Shown: positions 50,185 through 61,126, numbered from the stretch's first letter. The stretch: DNA of 64,000 nt from Gemmatimonadales bacterium (GCA_037189525.1 JBBCJC010000001.1:320001-384000), one strand, 5' to 3'. Made by a program: numbers and translations. The notes: a model not told the origin generated them from the sequence alone.

Positions 50185-53100
50185 CTATTCGACCCGCTGG
50201 ACCACCGAGCGCACGCCGTCGGAGAAGGTCACGTCGAAACGCCGGCTCGCGGTCCAGATCGCCGCTGACCCGCCCCGCGCAAACGAGAGGATCTCTCCCG
50301 TTACCGCGTCGCGCACCATCGCCACCGGATACGTTGCCGCATCCCAGGTCAGCCCGGCCTGAACCGCATTGGGCGCCCGGAGCGCCACCGCCGGGCTCCG
50401 CAACTGCAATCGGCCGGCACCAGCCGCCGCCAATCCCTGCGCCGATCGGCGCTCCACCGAGCCGGCCGGACCGACTAAACGCAGCCGCACCAGATCCCGA
50501 TCGGCGACGGCGTCGAGTGGCACGGCAGACGAGAAATGTTCCTCGCGCTCCCGATCGTTGTGCGTCTCCTCCACCGCGATCGGATAGTCGAACAGCAACC
50601 GACCGTCTGCTGCGTAGCCTTCGATCCGGTAGGGGCTGTTGGCCGGAGCCAGCGGCGTGGGCGCCGCCAGCCGCAATGCCGGTTCGAGCTGAATCCCGCC
50701 GGCCGTGATCCGGCCCCAGACAAGCAGCGCACCAACCGCACTCGGCGGCGGCGCCATGGGTGGGGCATAGTTAGGATTCGACTGCCGGTACGCGATCATC
50801 GCGCGCCAGGTGTAGTCGCTGATCCAATCGGGGCTGCAATAGCCCATCAGGTCGAAGTGTCCGGTCGGCGACTTGAGGCCCATGGTGGCAAGGTCGATGC
50901 CCCAGCTGCCAATGGCGCCGCCCGCATGAGGATAGCCGGCGTCGGCGCCCGACACCCCGCCGCACGGGGCGTGCGACCGCCCCATGTTGTGACCGAGCTC
51001 GTGCGCCATGACCCCGGAGCCGCTGGGCATGTGGTCCCACCCGATCGACGCCAGCCAGCCGCCACCGACATACCCCATGCCCGCAATCCCGCTGCCGTAG
51101 GTCGTCTTCACGACGCCATAGTAGTAGCGAGTGCTGGCGTCGGCCGTGCGCAGGTTGCGAACTTCGAGCAGAATGGTACCCCAGGCGCCGTTACCGTTAC
51201 CCGACTGGAGCACCGGCGCCGTCGTGGTATAGGCCGCTCGGACATCGGCGCTGTAGGTGCCGATTGGAAGCATCTTGAGCGGGTCCACCAGATACTGGGC
51301 CATGTTGCCCGCCGTCACGTTGCCCTGCAGGCCGTTGACCTGCTGCAGCACCGGAACGAAGCGCACCTGCCAGGTCGGCACGGTCCGGACATCGACATTC
51401 GCCGGTGTCCCGGACAACGGGAACTCGTTGTCGCTCTCGTTCGACTCGCCCACCACGGCGGTCGGATCGACGTCAGCCAGGATGCGCAGATTGGCCTGCA
51501 CCAGGGACCCCGGCACCGCCAGGTTCCACGAACTGGCCAGCGAGCCTTCATTGACCGTCTGCGGAACGCTGGCGCCCGGTGCGTTGATGGTCGAGGTCTG
51601 CACCAGGGAGGCCCCATGATAGAACCGGACCCGCACCGTCGGTGCCGCCGTGTTGGCCTGGTTGGCACGCACGAAGACGCGCAGATAGGCGTCCCGTCCC
51701 GCCACGACCGGCGTGGTGCCGTCGTACTTGGCAATCGGCTGGGTCAGATAGAGCCCGTCGATCGTCAGGTTGAGCGTGGCGCCCGGGGTCGAGGCCGCGT
51801 AGGCAATCGTGGCGGTACCGGTAGCTCCGGAGGGCACGGTGACGTTTTGCGTCGGAGGCGTCGGCGCATAGGTGGTGCCTCCGGAGACGACGGCCGCCGC
51901 GGTGACGGTGTAGCTGCCCGGCGTCACACCATTGAGCACCTGGCTACCGGTCAGCGTCTGCGAGAAGCCTCCGGGCCCGGCGACCTGGACGCTGGCCGAG
52001 GTTCCGCCCGGCAGCCCCGACACGGACACCGACAAGGTGCCGGGGGCAACCGTTCCGTACGTCACGGTGGCGGTACCGGTCCCGCCGGCCGAGACCGCGC
52101 GGGACTGCGAGGCGGGGCTCGGAAGATAGGTCTGCCCACCTGACGATACATTGGACGCCGCAATGGTGTAGGCCCCCACCGCGAGGCCGGTCAGGGTGGT
52201 AGTCGCCGTGAGGGCGCGGCTGAAGCCGCCCGGTCCGCTGACCTGCACCGCGGCGCTGGCGCCTCCCGGCAATCCGTTGACGGTCACCGTGAGCGAACCA
52301 AGCGTGGCGCCATAGGTGACGGTGCGGGCAACCGTCCCGCCGACCGTAACGACGGCGGTCTGGGACGGCGGCGCTGGCTGATAGACCTGGCCGCCGGACG
52401 ACACCGCCCCGGCGGTGATGGTGTAAGTACCCGGGGCGAGATCACTCAAACGACCCGACCCGGTGATCGACCTGGTAAATCCGCCCGGACCGCCCACCGT
52501 TACGGCGGCGGCAACACTACCCGGCAAGCCGCCGATATTCAGATCCAGAGTACCCACGCCATGGCTGTACGTGACCTGACGCACCGCCGGCTCGGCGGAC
52601 GCAGCGACCGTAACCGATTGCTGCGCCGGCGCCGCGACGTAGAGCGACCCTCCGTCGGTGAGATTCTGCGCAGCGATCGTATAGGCGCCCGGCGTCAGGC
52701 CTCGAAGCGTTTCGGTCGAGGTGATCGCGCGCTGGAACCCGGCCGGTCCGCTGACCGTCACTCGGCCGTCGGTACCCGTGGGAAGGCCGTTCACCTGAAT
52801 GCGCAGCAAACCACTGGCGAGCCGGAAGCGGACGTCGGCGTCGGTAGTGGCGCCGGCCTCGATGTCGACCTGATCGGGCGCAATCAGCGCCGAGAATCGA
52901 TCGCCGGCGAGGGTCAACTCGGCGGCAGAAATACGATAGCGTCCCGGGGTCAGGCCTTTGACGACGGCCGAGGCCGAGACGGTGTGCAGAAATCCGGCAG
53001 GCCCTTCGATCCTCACCGACGGCTCGGTCCCATCCGGAGCATCGCGCACCGTGAGCGCGAGCCGCCCGGTCACCAATCCGTACTCGACCGCCGCTGGCGC

Positions 53101-53676
53101 AGCAACCGGACCGGGGGTCACCAGAATCAGGAGCGAATCGACGGCCGTGGCAAAGCCTTCGCCATCGACTTGGACCGGGCGCGCCCGGACGACGTAGACA
53201 CCCGGAGGCAAGCCGCGCAGCTGATCGGAGCCGGTCGCAGTCCGGTTGACTCCTTCGGCCCCCGAAACGACGACATCGGCGGCTCCGGCGGGCACGCCGG
53301 TTACCGACAGCCCGATCCGGCCTGTCGTCGCCGTGTATTCGATCGTGGCGCTGGCCACTTCGTTCGACCGGATTGCAATCGTCTGGGTTACGGGAGCGCC
53401 GCGGTAGCCGTCGCCATCGATGGTCTGATCGGCCGCGGTCACCGAGTACGTCCCAGGGGTCAGCCCGGTCAGCGTCTCGGAACCTCCGATCGTCCTGCTA
53501 AACCCGCCGGCGCCGGTAATCGTGACACTCCCCTGTCCCCCGATCGGCAGCCCCTGGACGGCAACGGAGAGGCTCCCCGGCCGGGTGGGTTCGGGGCCTA
53601 GACCGCCCTGCTCCGTCCCGCCGCATCCGGCCAGCAGCGCGGCCGCCAGGACTGGCAGGACGCGGGCAAGCTGCAA
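50185..53676 (-). CDS. M66-like zinc metalloprotease lipoprotein with seven tandem beta-sandwich repeats
   Basis: TTG start after CAGGAG, lipobox LAGC, HELGHNMGRSH and Met-turn DLMGYC. Confidence 0.87.
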   Translation of the reverse strand: MQLARVLPVLAAALLAGCGGTEQGGLGPEPTRPGSLSVAVQGLPIGGQGSVTITGAGGFSRTIGGSETLTGLTPGTYSVTAADQTIDGDGYRGAPVTQTIAIRSNEVASATIEYTATTGRIGLSVTGVPAGAADVVVSGAEGVNRTATGSDQLRGLPPGVYVVRARPVQVDGEGFATAVDSLLILVTPGPVAAPAAVEYGLVTGRLALTVRDAPDGTEPSVRIEGPAGFLHTVSASAVVKGLTPGRYRISAAELTLAGDRFSALIAPDQVDIEAGATTDADVRFRLASGLLRIQVNGLPTGTDGRVTVSGPAGFQRAITSTETLRGLTPGAYTIAAQNLTDGGSLYVAAPAQQSVTVAASAEPAVRQVTYSHGVGTLDLNIGGLPGSVAAAVTVGGPGGFTRSITGSGRLSDLAPGTYTITAGAVSSGGQVYQPAPPSQTAVVTVGGTVARTVTYGATLGSLTVTVNGLPGGASAAVQVSGPGGFSRALTATTTLTGLAVGAYTIAASNVSSGGQTYLPSPASQSRAVSAGGTGTATVTYGTVAPGTLSVSVSGLPGGTSASVQVAGPGGFSQTLTGSQVLNGVTPGSYTVTAAAVVSGGTTYAPTPPTQNVTVPSGATGTATIAYAASTPGATLNLTIDGLYLTQPIAKYDGTTPVVAGRDAYLRVFVRANQANTAAPTVRVRFYHGASLVQTSTINAPGASVPQTVNEGSLASSWNLAVPGSLVQANLRILADVDPTAVVGESNESDNEFPLSGTPANVDVRTVPTWQVRFVPVLQQVNGLQGNVTAGNMAQYLVDPLKMLPIGTYSADVRAAYTTTAPVLQSGNGNGAWGTILLEVRNLRTADASTRYYYGVVKTTYGSGIAGMGYVGGGWLASIGWDHMPSGSGVMAHELGHNMGRSHAPCGGVSGADAGYPHAGGAIGSWGIDLATMGLKSPTGHFDLMGYCSPDWISDYTWRAMIAYRQSNPNYAPPMAPPPSAVGALLVWGRITAGGIQLEPALRLAAPTPLAPANSPYRIEGYAADGRLLFDYPIAVEETHNDREREEHFSSAVPLDAVADRDLVRLRLVGPAGSVERRSAQGLAAAGAGRLQLRSPAVALRAPNAVQAGLTWDAATYPVAMVRDAVTGEILSFARGGSAAIWTASRRFDVTFSDGVRSVVQRVE

Positions 53677-53882
53677 CGCAAACTCCTGCACCCAACCAGT
53701 GCATTTTCCTGCAGTTGCCGCCGCAACCCGTGGCGCCGCAAGCAGATGGGCGACCGCGGGGAACCGGCCTCGAATCGGAGTCAGGGACATGGCCTTGGCG
53801 AGGGGCACGCCGCATGCCCCGGCTTGCCAACCGGACCGTCCGGGCAAACATTTGGACCACCCTCCAACCACAGGCAACCGTT

Positions 53883-55160
53883 ATGCGGTCGCGCCGTGCC
53901 TTTGTTTCGACCGTTCTGGGTGCTGCGGCAACGCTGCCGGCATTCCGTCCCGATGCATTCCGGAGCGTGCTCCGCGCCGCCGAACGCGGGTCCGGCAACC
54001 CGAACGACGAAGCCTACTGGGGCGAGATCCAGCGAGCCTTCGATGCCGACCGGACCATGATCAATCTGAACAGTGGCGGGGTGAGCCCGACTCCGACCCA
54101 CGTGCTCGAGGCCATGATCCGGGACCTGCGGTTCTCGAACGAGTTGCCGGTCAACCACATGTGGACCGTGCTCGAGCCGCGCATCGAAAGCGTCCGCCGC
54201 GACTTGGCCCGCGACTTCGGCTGCGACCCCGAGGAAATGGCGATTACCCGGAACGCGTCCGAAGCCAACGAGATCATGATCTTCGGACTCGACCTCAAAC
54301 GCGGCGACGAAGTCATCGTCACCAATCAGAATTATCCGCGCATGCTGACCGCGTGGGACCAGCGCGCCCGGCGCGATGGTGTGGTGATCAAGTCGATCAG
54401 TTTCCGGGTTCCACCGCCGTCACAGGAATATCTGGTCGACCAGTTCCGCGCCGCCATCACGCCGCGGACCAAAGTGATCGAGGTCACCCACATCACCAAC
54501 CTGACCGGACAGATCATGCCGGTTCGGGAAATCGTCGCGATGGCCAGGCCGCTGGGCATCGAAGTCTTCGTCGACGGCGCGCACGCCTACGCTCACTTCC
54601 CGTTCAAGCATGCCGATCTCGATTGCGACTACTACGGCACCAGCCTGCACAAATGGCTGCTGGCGCCGGTCGGCACCGGGTTCCTGTACGTCAAGAAGGC
54701 CAAGCAGCGTTCGCTCTGGCCCCTGATGGCGGCCACCCGCGAACAGGACAACGACATCCGGAAGTACGAGGAAATCGGCACCCACCCCGCCGCCAATCAC
54801 AATGCGATCTCCGTGGCGCTGGCTTTCCACCGCTCGATCGGCGCCGAGCGGAAGATTGCCCGGCTCCGCTACCTGCGCGACCGCTGGGCCAAGCGCCTCT
54901 TGGCCGACAGCAATCGCGTCTCGGTGCCGACGCCGCTCGGCTCACCCCATGCCGGCGCCATCGGCTTGCTGAGCATTGCCGGGGCCGATGTGAACAAGCT
55001 GCACGGGTGGCTGCTCGACCGGCACCGGATTCAGACGGTGGCCATCGTGCACCCGGAGTTCAGCGGGCTCCGCATCACGCCCAACGTGTTCAGCACGCCG
55101 GACGAAATCGATCTGTTCGGTGATAAGGTGATGGAAGCGATCCGTAGCGGCGTGGCCTGA
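53883..55160 (+). CDS. Class V PLP aminotransferase (isopenicillin-N epimerase/PvdN-like) with Tat signal
   Basis: SRRAFV Tat motif, VDGAH and SLHKW (PLP lysine). Confidence 0.9.
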   Translation: MRSRRAFVSTVLGAAATLPAFRPDAFRSVLRAAERGSGNPNDEAYWGEIQRAFDADRTMINLNSGGVSPTPTHVLEAMIRDLRFSNELPVNHMWTVLEPRIESVRRDLARDFGCDPEEMAITRNASEANEIMIFGLDLKRGDEVIVTNQNYPRMLTAWDQRARRDGVVIKSISFRVPPPSQEYLVDQFRAAITPRTKVIEVTHITNLTGQIMPVREIVAMARPLGIEVFVDGAHAYAHFPFKHADLDCDYYGTSLHKWLLAPVGTGFLYVKKAKQRSLWPLMAATREQDNDIRKYEEIGTHPAANHNAISVALAFHRSIGAERKIARLRYLRDRWAKRLLADSNRVSVPTPLGSPHAGAIGLLSIAGADVNKLHGWLLDRHRIQTVAIVHPEFSGLRITPNVFSTPDEIDLFGDKVMEAIRSGVA

Positions 55161-55181
55161 CCTCCAGCGCGGCCCCGCCGA

Positions 55182-56195
55182 TCAGACGCTGACGTACCGC
55201 AAGGCTGGGTTGAACTCGCCGGCAACCTGATCGAGGTTGGCAACGCGCAGCTGGCCCCGTTCGTAGAGATACTCCACGTGCGCCCCGATTTCGGTGAGCG
55301 CCAGCAGAATATTCCAGCCTGCCACGCCTGGATACATCCGGTGCCGGAGTTCGTCGATCGTCGTGCCCGCCGAACTCTTGAGCAACTCGGCGATCCGATC
55401 CAGCTTGCGCCGGTGATCGATCCGAATCGTCTCGATCCGCGGATAGAAATCATCCAGCGGCGTCTCATGCCCGCCAAGCGCCAATCGAATGCCCGGCACC
55501 CGCCCGATCTTGTCGAGCGCGTCGAGATAGTGGCCGAGTCCGGTCCAGGCGGTAATGCTCTCGGGATTCTGGTGAGGAGTGGTCTTCGGCAGCACGTGAT
55601 CGGCCGAGAGCAGGATGTCGCCGACTTTGAGGCAGACCTGTCCCGGGCAATGCCCGGGGGTGTGGATCACCTCGATGCCGTCGAGAACCTGTCCGTCGCG
55701 CAACGCGAAATCGACCGGAACACTCCGCAGGTGCTGCTTCCCTTCCATGTACATCTCGAGCAGCGTGCCACGATCCTCATCGGGCACACCCGCCTGCGCC
55801 AGGTAGAACCGCAACGCCTTGGTGGCGACCACGACCCGCTCTTCGTACCCGTCGAGCACCCATCGGTCCAGTTCATGGATCCCGACTTCCGCGGTGATCG
55901 GCCCTGAAAGCTGCGCAATGCCGCCGAAGTGGTCGAGATGGCCGTGCGTGATGATAACCCGTTCGATCTCCCCCGGCCCGGCTCGTTCGCCGTACTCCCG
56001 GCGCACCTGCTCGAGGCCGGCCAGCAGCTGCGGAGTCGAGTCGCCGTACCCGCTCCCGGTGTCGACCAGGGTGATCGGCCCGGCTCCGATCAGGAGATAG
56101 CAATGCACCACCAGGCCGGGAAAGGCCTGGCTCGAAATACGATAGATGCGAACTCCGGTGTCGCTCTCGAAACGGAGCGGCGAGGGGACACTCAT
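55182..56195 (-). CDS. MBL-fold metallohydrolase
   Basis: LVDTG, THGHLDH, HTPGH, SADH and GGH. Confidence 0.92.
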   Translation of the reverse strand: MSVPSPLRFESDTGVRIYRISSQAFPGLVVHCYLLIGAGPITLVDTGSGYGDSTPQLLAGLEQVRREYGERAGPGEIERVIITHGHLDHFGGIAQLSGPITAEVGIHELDRWVLDGYEERVVVATKALRFYLAQAGVPDEDRGTLLEMYMEGKQHLRSVPVDFALRDGQVLDGIEVIHTPGHCPGQVCLKVGDILLSADHVLPKTTPHQNPESITAWTGLGHYLDALDKIGRVPGIRLALGGHETPLDDFYPRIETIRIDHRRKLDRIAELLKSSAGTTIDELRHRMYPGVAGWNILLALTEIGAHVEYLYERGQLRVANLDQVAGEFNPALRYVSV

Positions 56196-56265
56196 CGGGG
56201 GAGAGACGAACAGGTTCCGGTCGGGCCGCCGGTCGGATGACCGACGGCCGCGAACCCGAAAACGA

Positions 56266-57393
56266 TCAGGCCGGCGCGGCGTGCGTCACGTCGCTCGTCC
56301 GGCGGGCCCACGCTTCAGGGCCAAAGGCGCGAAGCATCCGTTGGTGTGAGCGAACCGCCGCCATCAGCGTCGGCTGCTGATAATACGGCACCCCGTGCTT
56401 CGCCGCGATTCGCTCGACGATCGTACTGATGGCCGGATAGTGGATGCTGCAGACTTTGGGGAACAGATGATGTTCGACCTGGTAATTGAGGCCGCCCACA
56501 TACCAGGTCAGCAGCTTGTTGGAGCGGGCAAAATTCGAGGTGGTCTCCATTTCGTGGAGCAACCACTGGTCTTCCATCCGCCCCTGCTCGTCGGGCGCCG
56601 GAAACTCGGGACCTTCGACGACGTGGGCCAACTGGAAGATGACGCCGAGGATGAAACCCGCCACCAGGTGCATGACCAGGAACGCGATCAGATACTGCCA
56701 CCACGCCACGTTCGAGAGCACCGCGATCGGAATGATCAGCGCCCAGGTGTAGTAGAGTCCTTTGGTCACGAACAGATTGACCCACTCACCCACCGGATGC
56801 TTCTTGTCCTCGTACGGGCCCAAATTCTTCTGGAAGAAGTATTTGTAGTCCTTGCCGAAGACCCAGAACAGGGTCGACAGCCCGTAGGCAAAGAAGGCGT
56901 AGTAGGGCTGGAATCGGTGGATCCACAACAACGGAGAATTGGGCGACAGGCGGAGCAGCGGCGAAACGGTCAGGTCTTCATCGACACCTTCGATATTGGT
57001 GTAGGTGTGATGAATCACGTTGTGAGTGATTTTCCAGAGGTAGCCGTTCGCGCCAAGAATGTCGAACAATCGCCCGATCGTGGCATTCACTTTGGGATTG
57101 TCCGAATAGGCGCCGTGCAGAGCGTCGTGCGTAACCGCAAAGCCGATCCCGGCAAAGCCGATGCCCATCAGGACCATCAGGCCCATAAGCGGCCAGAAAG
57201 TCGGATTGAGCGCCAGCACCAATCCGTAGCTGCCGAAAGTGATCAGCACCAGCACGGCCGTCTTGACCATCATGGCCGTGTTGGCTTTGCTCGAAATCCC
57301 GCGGCTCTTGAAGTACTGGTCGACTTCTCGTTTGAGTTCGCGAACGAACGCTTCCGCATTGCGAGCCGGGAACGTGATACCCGAAGTGCTCAA
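56266..57393 (-). CDS. Fatty acid (acyl-CoA) desaturase
   Basis: His boxes HDALH, HNVIHH and QVEHH. TTG start after CAGGAG. Confidence 0.93.
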   Translation of the reverse strand: MSTSGITFPARNAEAFVRELKREVDQYFKSRGISSKANTAMMVKTAVLVLITFGSYGLVLALNPTFWPLMGLMVLMGIGFAGIGFAVTHDALHGAYSDNPKVNATIGRLFDILGANGYLWKITHNVIHHTYTNIEGVDEDLTVSPLLRLSPNSPLLWIHRFQPYYAFFAYGLSTLFWVFGKDYKYFFQKNLGPYEDKKHPVGEWVNLFVTKGLYYTWALIIPIAVLSNVAWWQYLIAFLVMHLVAGFILGVIFQLAHVVEGPEFPAPDEQGRMEDQWLLHEMETTSNFARSNKLLTWYVGGLNYQVEHHLFPKVCSIHYPAISTIVERIAAKHGVPYYQQPTLMAAVRSHQRMLRAFGPEAWARRTSDVTHAAPA

Positions 57394-57535
57394 GTCGATC
57401 TCCTGCGATGTCTGCAGAACGGGGAAACGAGGCCGTAGTTGGCAGGGATGATGCCCCTCAAGCAAATTGCATCCGAACCCATCGACCGGCAAGTCTCGGT
57501 CCGTCCGGATAACGACTTTTTCACAGGTTATTCCT

Positions 57536-59773
57536 ATGAAATTCACCTCCTGGTGGATTCCCGCACTGTTGGCGGTGATACCGTTCACCCCTGAACCATT
57601 TCAGGAACCAACTCCGATCCGAGGTTACTCGGCGCAGGACTCGCGAATCCAGCGTGATTGGGAAGCCAAGTTCCAGGCAGTGCCGTCGACCGACAGCCTG
57701 CGGTCGTACCTTCGCACGCTGGCCGCGCGGCCTCAGTTCCTGGGATCACCGGGAGGCAAGCGCAACGCGGAGTGGCTGGTCGAGGTGTATCGGAGTTGGG
57801 GACTCGACGCCAAAATCGAAACGTTCGAAGTCCTCTTTCCGACGCCGAAGGAGCGGCGGGTCGAACTGCTTGCCCCGGTGCGCTTCACGGCCGCGCTTCG
57901 CGAACCGCCGGTGCGCGGCGACCACTCCTCGACCCTGCAGAGCGAGCACCTGCCGTCCTACAACGCCTATTCGATCGACGGCGACGTAACCGGCCCGCTG
58001 GTGTTCGTGAACTACGGCATCCCCGCCGACTACGATGAACTCGAGCGGCGCGGCATCTCGGTCAAAGGCGCCATCGTGATTGCCAAGTACGGCGGATCGT
58101 GGCGCGGCATCAAACCCAAGGTCGCGGCGGAACGCGGCGCCATCGGCTGCATCATCTACTCCGACCCGGCACAGGACGGCTTCGTGCAGGGCGACGTCTA
58201 TCCCGACGGCCCCTACCGGCCGCCGCATGGTGTGCAGCGCGGCAGCGTAGCCGACATGCCCCTCTACGCCGGTGATCCGTCGACACCCTTCGTCGGCTCC
58301 GTACCCGGCGTCACGCCGCTGCCGCTCGACCGGATCGAATCGCTCACCAAGATTCCGGTGCTGCCCATTTCGTACGCCGACGCGGAGCCCTTGCTGCGCC
58401 AGCTGGGCGGCGATGTGGTCCCCCCAGCCTGGCGCGGCGGCCTGCCGCTGACCTACAAGACCGGCCCCGGCCCCGCGACGGTCCGCCTCAAGGTCGCGTT
58501 CGACTGGAAACGGGTGCCGCTCTACAACGTGATGGTGACGATTCCCGGCACCGATGCCGCCGCCGAGTGGATTCTGCGCGGCAACCATCGCGACGGCTGG
58601 GGTGCCGGCGCCGAGGATCCGCTCTCGGGCACGGCGGCCCAGATGGAGGAGCTGCGCGCCTTTGCCCAGCTGCTCCAGCAGGGCTGGAAGCCACGGCGCA
58701 CCATCGTGTACGCCGCCTGGGACGGCGAGGAACAGGGCTTACTCGGCAGCACGGAGTACGTCGAAACCCATCGCGACGAACTCCGGGCCAAGGCCGTCAC
58801 CTATCTCAACACGGATTCGAACGGCCGCGGCTTCCTGAGCATGGGCGGTTCGCATTCGCTGGAGCGCTTCATCAACGACGTCGCTCGCGAAGTCCGCGAT
58901 CCCGAAACCGGCCTCTCGGTCTGGCAGCGAAACCAGGCGCGCGCCATCGCGAGCGGAGACGCCACCACGCGGCGCGAAGCCCGCACCCGCCGCGACCTGC
59001 GCATCGGCGCACTCGGCAGCGGGTCCGACTACACCCCGTTCCTGCAGCACGCCGGCATTGCCGCCTTGAACCTCGGCTTCGGCGGGCACGGGGGCTCCGG
59101 TATCTACCATTCGATCTACGACAGCTTCGAACACTACACCCGGTTCAACGACACCAACTTCGTCTACGGCCGAGCGCTGGCGCAGGTGGTGGGAACGGCG
59201 GTGATGCGACTGGCCGGCGCGCCGGTGCTGCCGCACCACTTCATCGGCATGGCCGACACCTACGGCCGCTACATCGATGAGCTCAAAGCCCTGCTGGTGG
59301 CCAGCCGCGAGGCGGCTCTGGAGCAGAACCGCCAACTCGAGGAAGGCGTCTTCGCGGCGGTTGCCGATCCGCGGTTGCCGCGCAAGCAACCGGACCGGGC
59401 TGCGGTTGCTCCGCATCTCAACCTGACTCCGCTCGACAACGCGCTGACGGTGCTCCAGACCGCCGCCGAGCGCTACGAGTCGGCATTGGCCCGCACCGCG
59501 CTGGACCGGCCGCGACCGGCCACCAACCGGGCCCTCCGTGAGGTGGAGTTTGCCCTGACCAGTACCGAAGGGCTGCCTCGACGGCCCTGGTATCGCCACC
59601 ACATCTATGCGCCGGGGTTCTATACCGGATACGGCGTCAAGACGATGCCGGGGGTGCGGGAAGCGATCGAACAGGGAGACTGGGCCGAAGCCGAACGGGA
59701 AGCCGCGCGGATTGCCGAGCGGTTGCTGGCCGCCGCCGCGGTCATCGATCAGGCGCGCGCCGGCCTCGACTGA
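57536..59773 (+). CDS. M28 peptidase, glutamate carboxypeptidase II-like (PA + TfR dimerisation domains)
   Basis: GNHRDGW, WDGEE, LGSGSDY, YHSIYD and RPWYRH. Confidence 0.93.
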   Translation: MKFTSWWIPALLAVIPFTPEPFQEPTPIRGYSAQDSRIQRDWEAKFQAVPSTDSLRSYLRTLAARPQFLGSPGGKRNAEWLVEVYRSWGLDAKIETFEVLFPTPKERRVELLAPVRFTAALREPPVRGDHSSTLQSEHLPSYNAYSIDGDVTGPLVFVNYGIPADYDELERRGISVKGAIVIAKYGGSWRGIKPKVAAERGAIGCIIYSDPAQDGFVQGDVYPDGPYRPPHGVQRGSVADMPLYAGDPSTPFVGSVPGVTPLPLDRIESLTKIPVLPISYADAEPLLRQLGGDVVPPAWRGGLPLTYKTGPGPATVRLKVAFDWKRVPLYNVMVTIPGTDAAAEWILRGNHRDGWGAGAEDPLSGTAAQMEELRAFAQLLQQGWKPRRTIVYAAWDGEEQGLLGSTEYVETHRDELRAKAVTYLNTDSNGRGFLSMGGSHSLERFINDVAREVRDPETGLSVWQRNQARAIASGDATTRREARTRRDLRIGALGSGSDYTPFLQHAGIAALNLGFGGHGGSGIYHSIYDSFEHYTRFNDTNFVYGRALAQVVGTAVMRLAGAPVLPHHFIGMADTYGRYIDELKALLVASREAALEQNRQLEEGVFAAVADPRLPRKQPDRAAVAPHLNLTPLDNALTVLQTAAERYESALARTALDRPRPATNRALREVEFALTSTEGLPRRPWYRHHIYAPGFYTGYGVKTMPGVREAIEQGDWAEAEREAARIAERLLAAAAVIDQARAGLD

Positions 59774-59800
59774 CCCTAACGACCCGGGCGTCGCGGGCCC

Positions 59801-61045
59801 TCAGCTCGCGGCGCCTAGGCCGGCCAGTCGGCCGGTCGCCCAGGCCCAGCTGAAGTTGTACCCGCCGATCGGCCCAAAGGCGTCCAGGATTTCGCCGCAG
59901 AGATACAACCCGGCCGCCCGCCGGCTTTCCATCGTGGCGGGGTGAATCTCACCCAAACCGACGCCGCCGCCGGTAACCTCCGCCTTCTTGTACCCCTCGT
60001 CACCGGTCCAGGGCAACGGATAGTCGGCGACCATCTGGACCAGAAGACGCCGCTCCTCCCGACTCAATTGCGACAGAGTCCGATCCGGCGGTACGCCCGC
60101 CTCCGCCAGCAGCCGCGCCGCCAGCCGATCGGGCAATTCGGCCCGCAACACGGTGGCAACCGCCTGCCGGGACTGGGCCCGGAGCCGTTCGTCCCAGGCC
60201 GCCGGATCGTCGCCGGTCCACCGCACCCGCAGCACCGCGTCGGATTGGCCCAGCAGACGAGAGCGGACCGCCAGATGCGAGACGTCGAGCGCCGCCGGAC
60301 CGCTGTAGCCCCGATGGGTAAAGAGAAAGCCGCCATCCGACTCCGCCGACTCGCCCCGCCAGGCGCCCACGATCCGGACCCGGCGCGACACGCCCGCAAG
60401 CTCCGCATGAACGGGTGGAGTGGCCGTGAGCGGGGTCAGCGCTGGGTAGGTGGGCACCATCCGATGACCCAGTCGCTCCGCAGCCGCGAGGCCGATCCCG
60501 TCGCTTCCGGTTTGCGGCACGCTGAGGCCGCCGGTCGCCAGGATGACGCGGTCTGCCGCCAGCGCGGTTCCTCCGTCGAGCTCCGCGCTCCACCCGGATG
60601 CAGTCGGCGCGAGGTTGCGGACCACCACGCCGAACCGGAAGGTGGCGCCGGCCGCCCGGGCTTCGGCCACGAGCCGGTCGCGCACCTCCCGAGCCCGGTT
60701 GGATACCGGGAACAGCTTGCCGGTTTCCTGCTCCAGCGCCAGCGGAATCCCCAGCGCCGTCTCGATGAACTGCCGCTGCGCATCGAGCGGCCAGCTGCCC
60801 AGCAGGCGATTGAGGGTGTGGCGGGACGAATCCGTCACGAACCGTCGCTCGGCCGCGACCGAGGGCAGCACGTTACACCGGCCACCGCCACTGATCAGGA
60901 TCTTCCGGCCGCCATCCGCGGTCCGCTCGAGCACGGTGACCTCCGCGCCGCTTCGGGCCGCGTGAATCGCCGCCATCAACCCGGCGGCCCCGGCGCCTAC
61001 GACCAGGACTCGGCGTTCAGCCACGGACGGGACTCGCAAGCTCAT
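59801..61045 (-). CDS. HI0933/BaiN-family flavoprotein
   Basis: GAGAAG, KILISGGGRCN, ATGG, FTHRGYSGPA, VTGGGV and GGYNF. Confidence 0.93.
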   Translation of the reverse strand: MSLRVPSVAERRVLVVGAGAAGLMAAIHAARSGAEVTVLERTADGGRKILISGGGRCNVLPSVAAERRFVTDSSRHTLNRLLGSWPLDAQRQFIETALGIPLALEQETGKLFPVSNRAREVRDRLVAEARAAGATFRFGVVVRNLAPTASGWSAELDGGTALAADRVILATGGLSVPQTGSDGIGLAAAERLGHRMVPTYPALTPLTATPPVHAELAGVSRRVRIVGAWRGESAESDGGFLFTHRGYSGPAALDVSHLAVRSRLLGQSDAVLRVRWTGDDPAAWDERLRAQSRQAVATVLRAELPDRLAARLLAEAGVPPDRTLSQLSREERRLLVQMVADYPLPWTGDEGYKKAEVTGGGVGLGEIHPATMESRRAAGLYLCGEILDAFGPIGGYNFSWAWATGRLAGLGAAS

Positions 61046-61083
61046 GAGGCCAGCACCGCATCGAACACCCCTTGGATCCAACG

Positions 61084-61126
61084 GAAAACGGCCACCCCGC
61101 CGAATCATCGTCGGCGTGGCGGCCGT
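61084..61126 (-). terminator. Intrinsic terminator
   Basis: Minus-strand ACGGCCGCCACGCCGA...TCGGCGGGGTGGCCGT followed by TTTCC. Confidence 0.65.
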
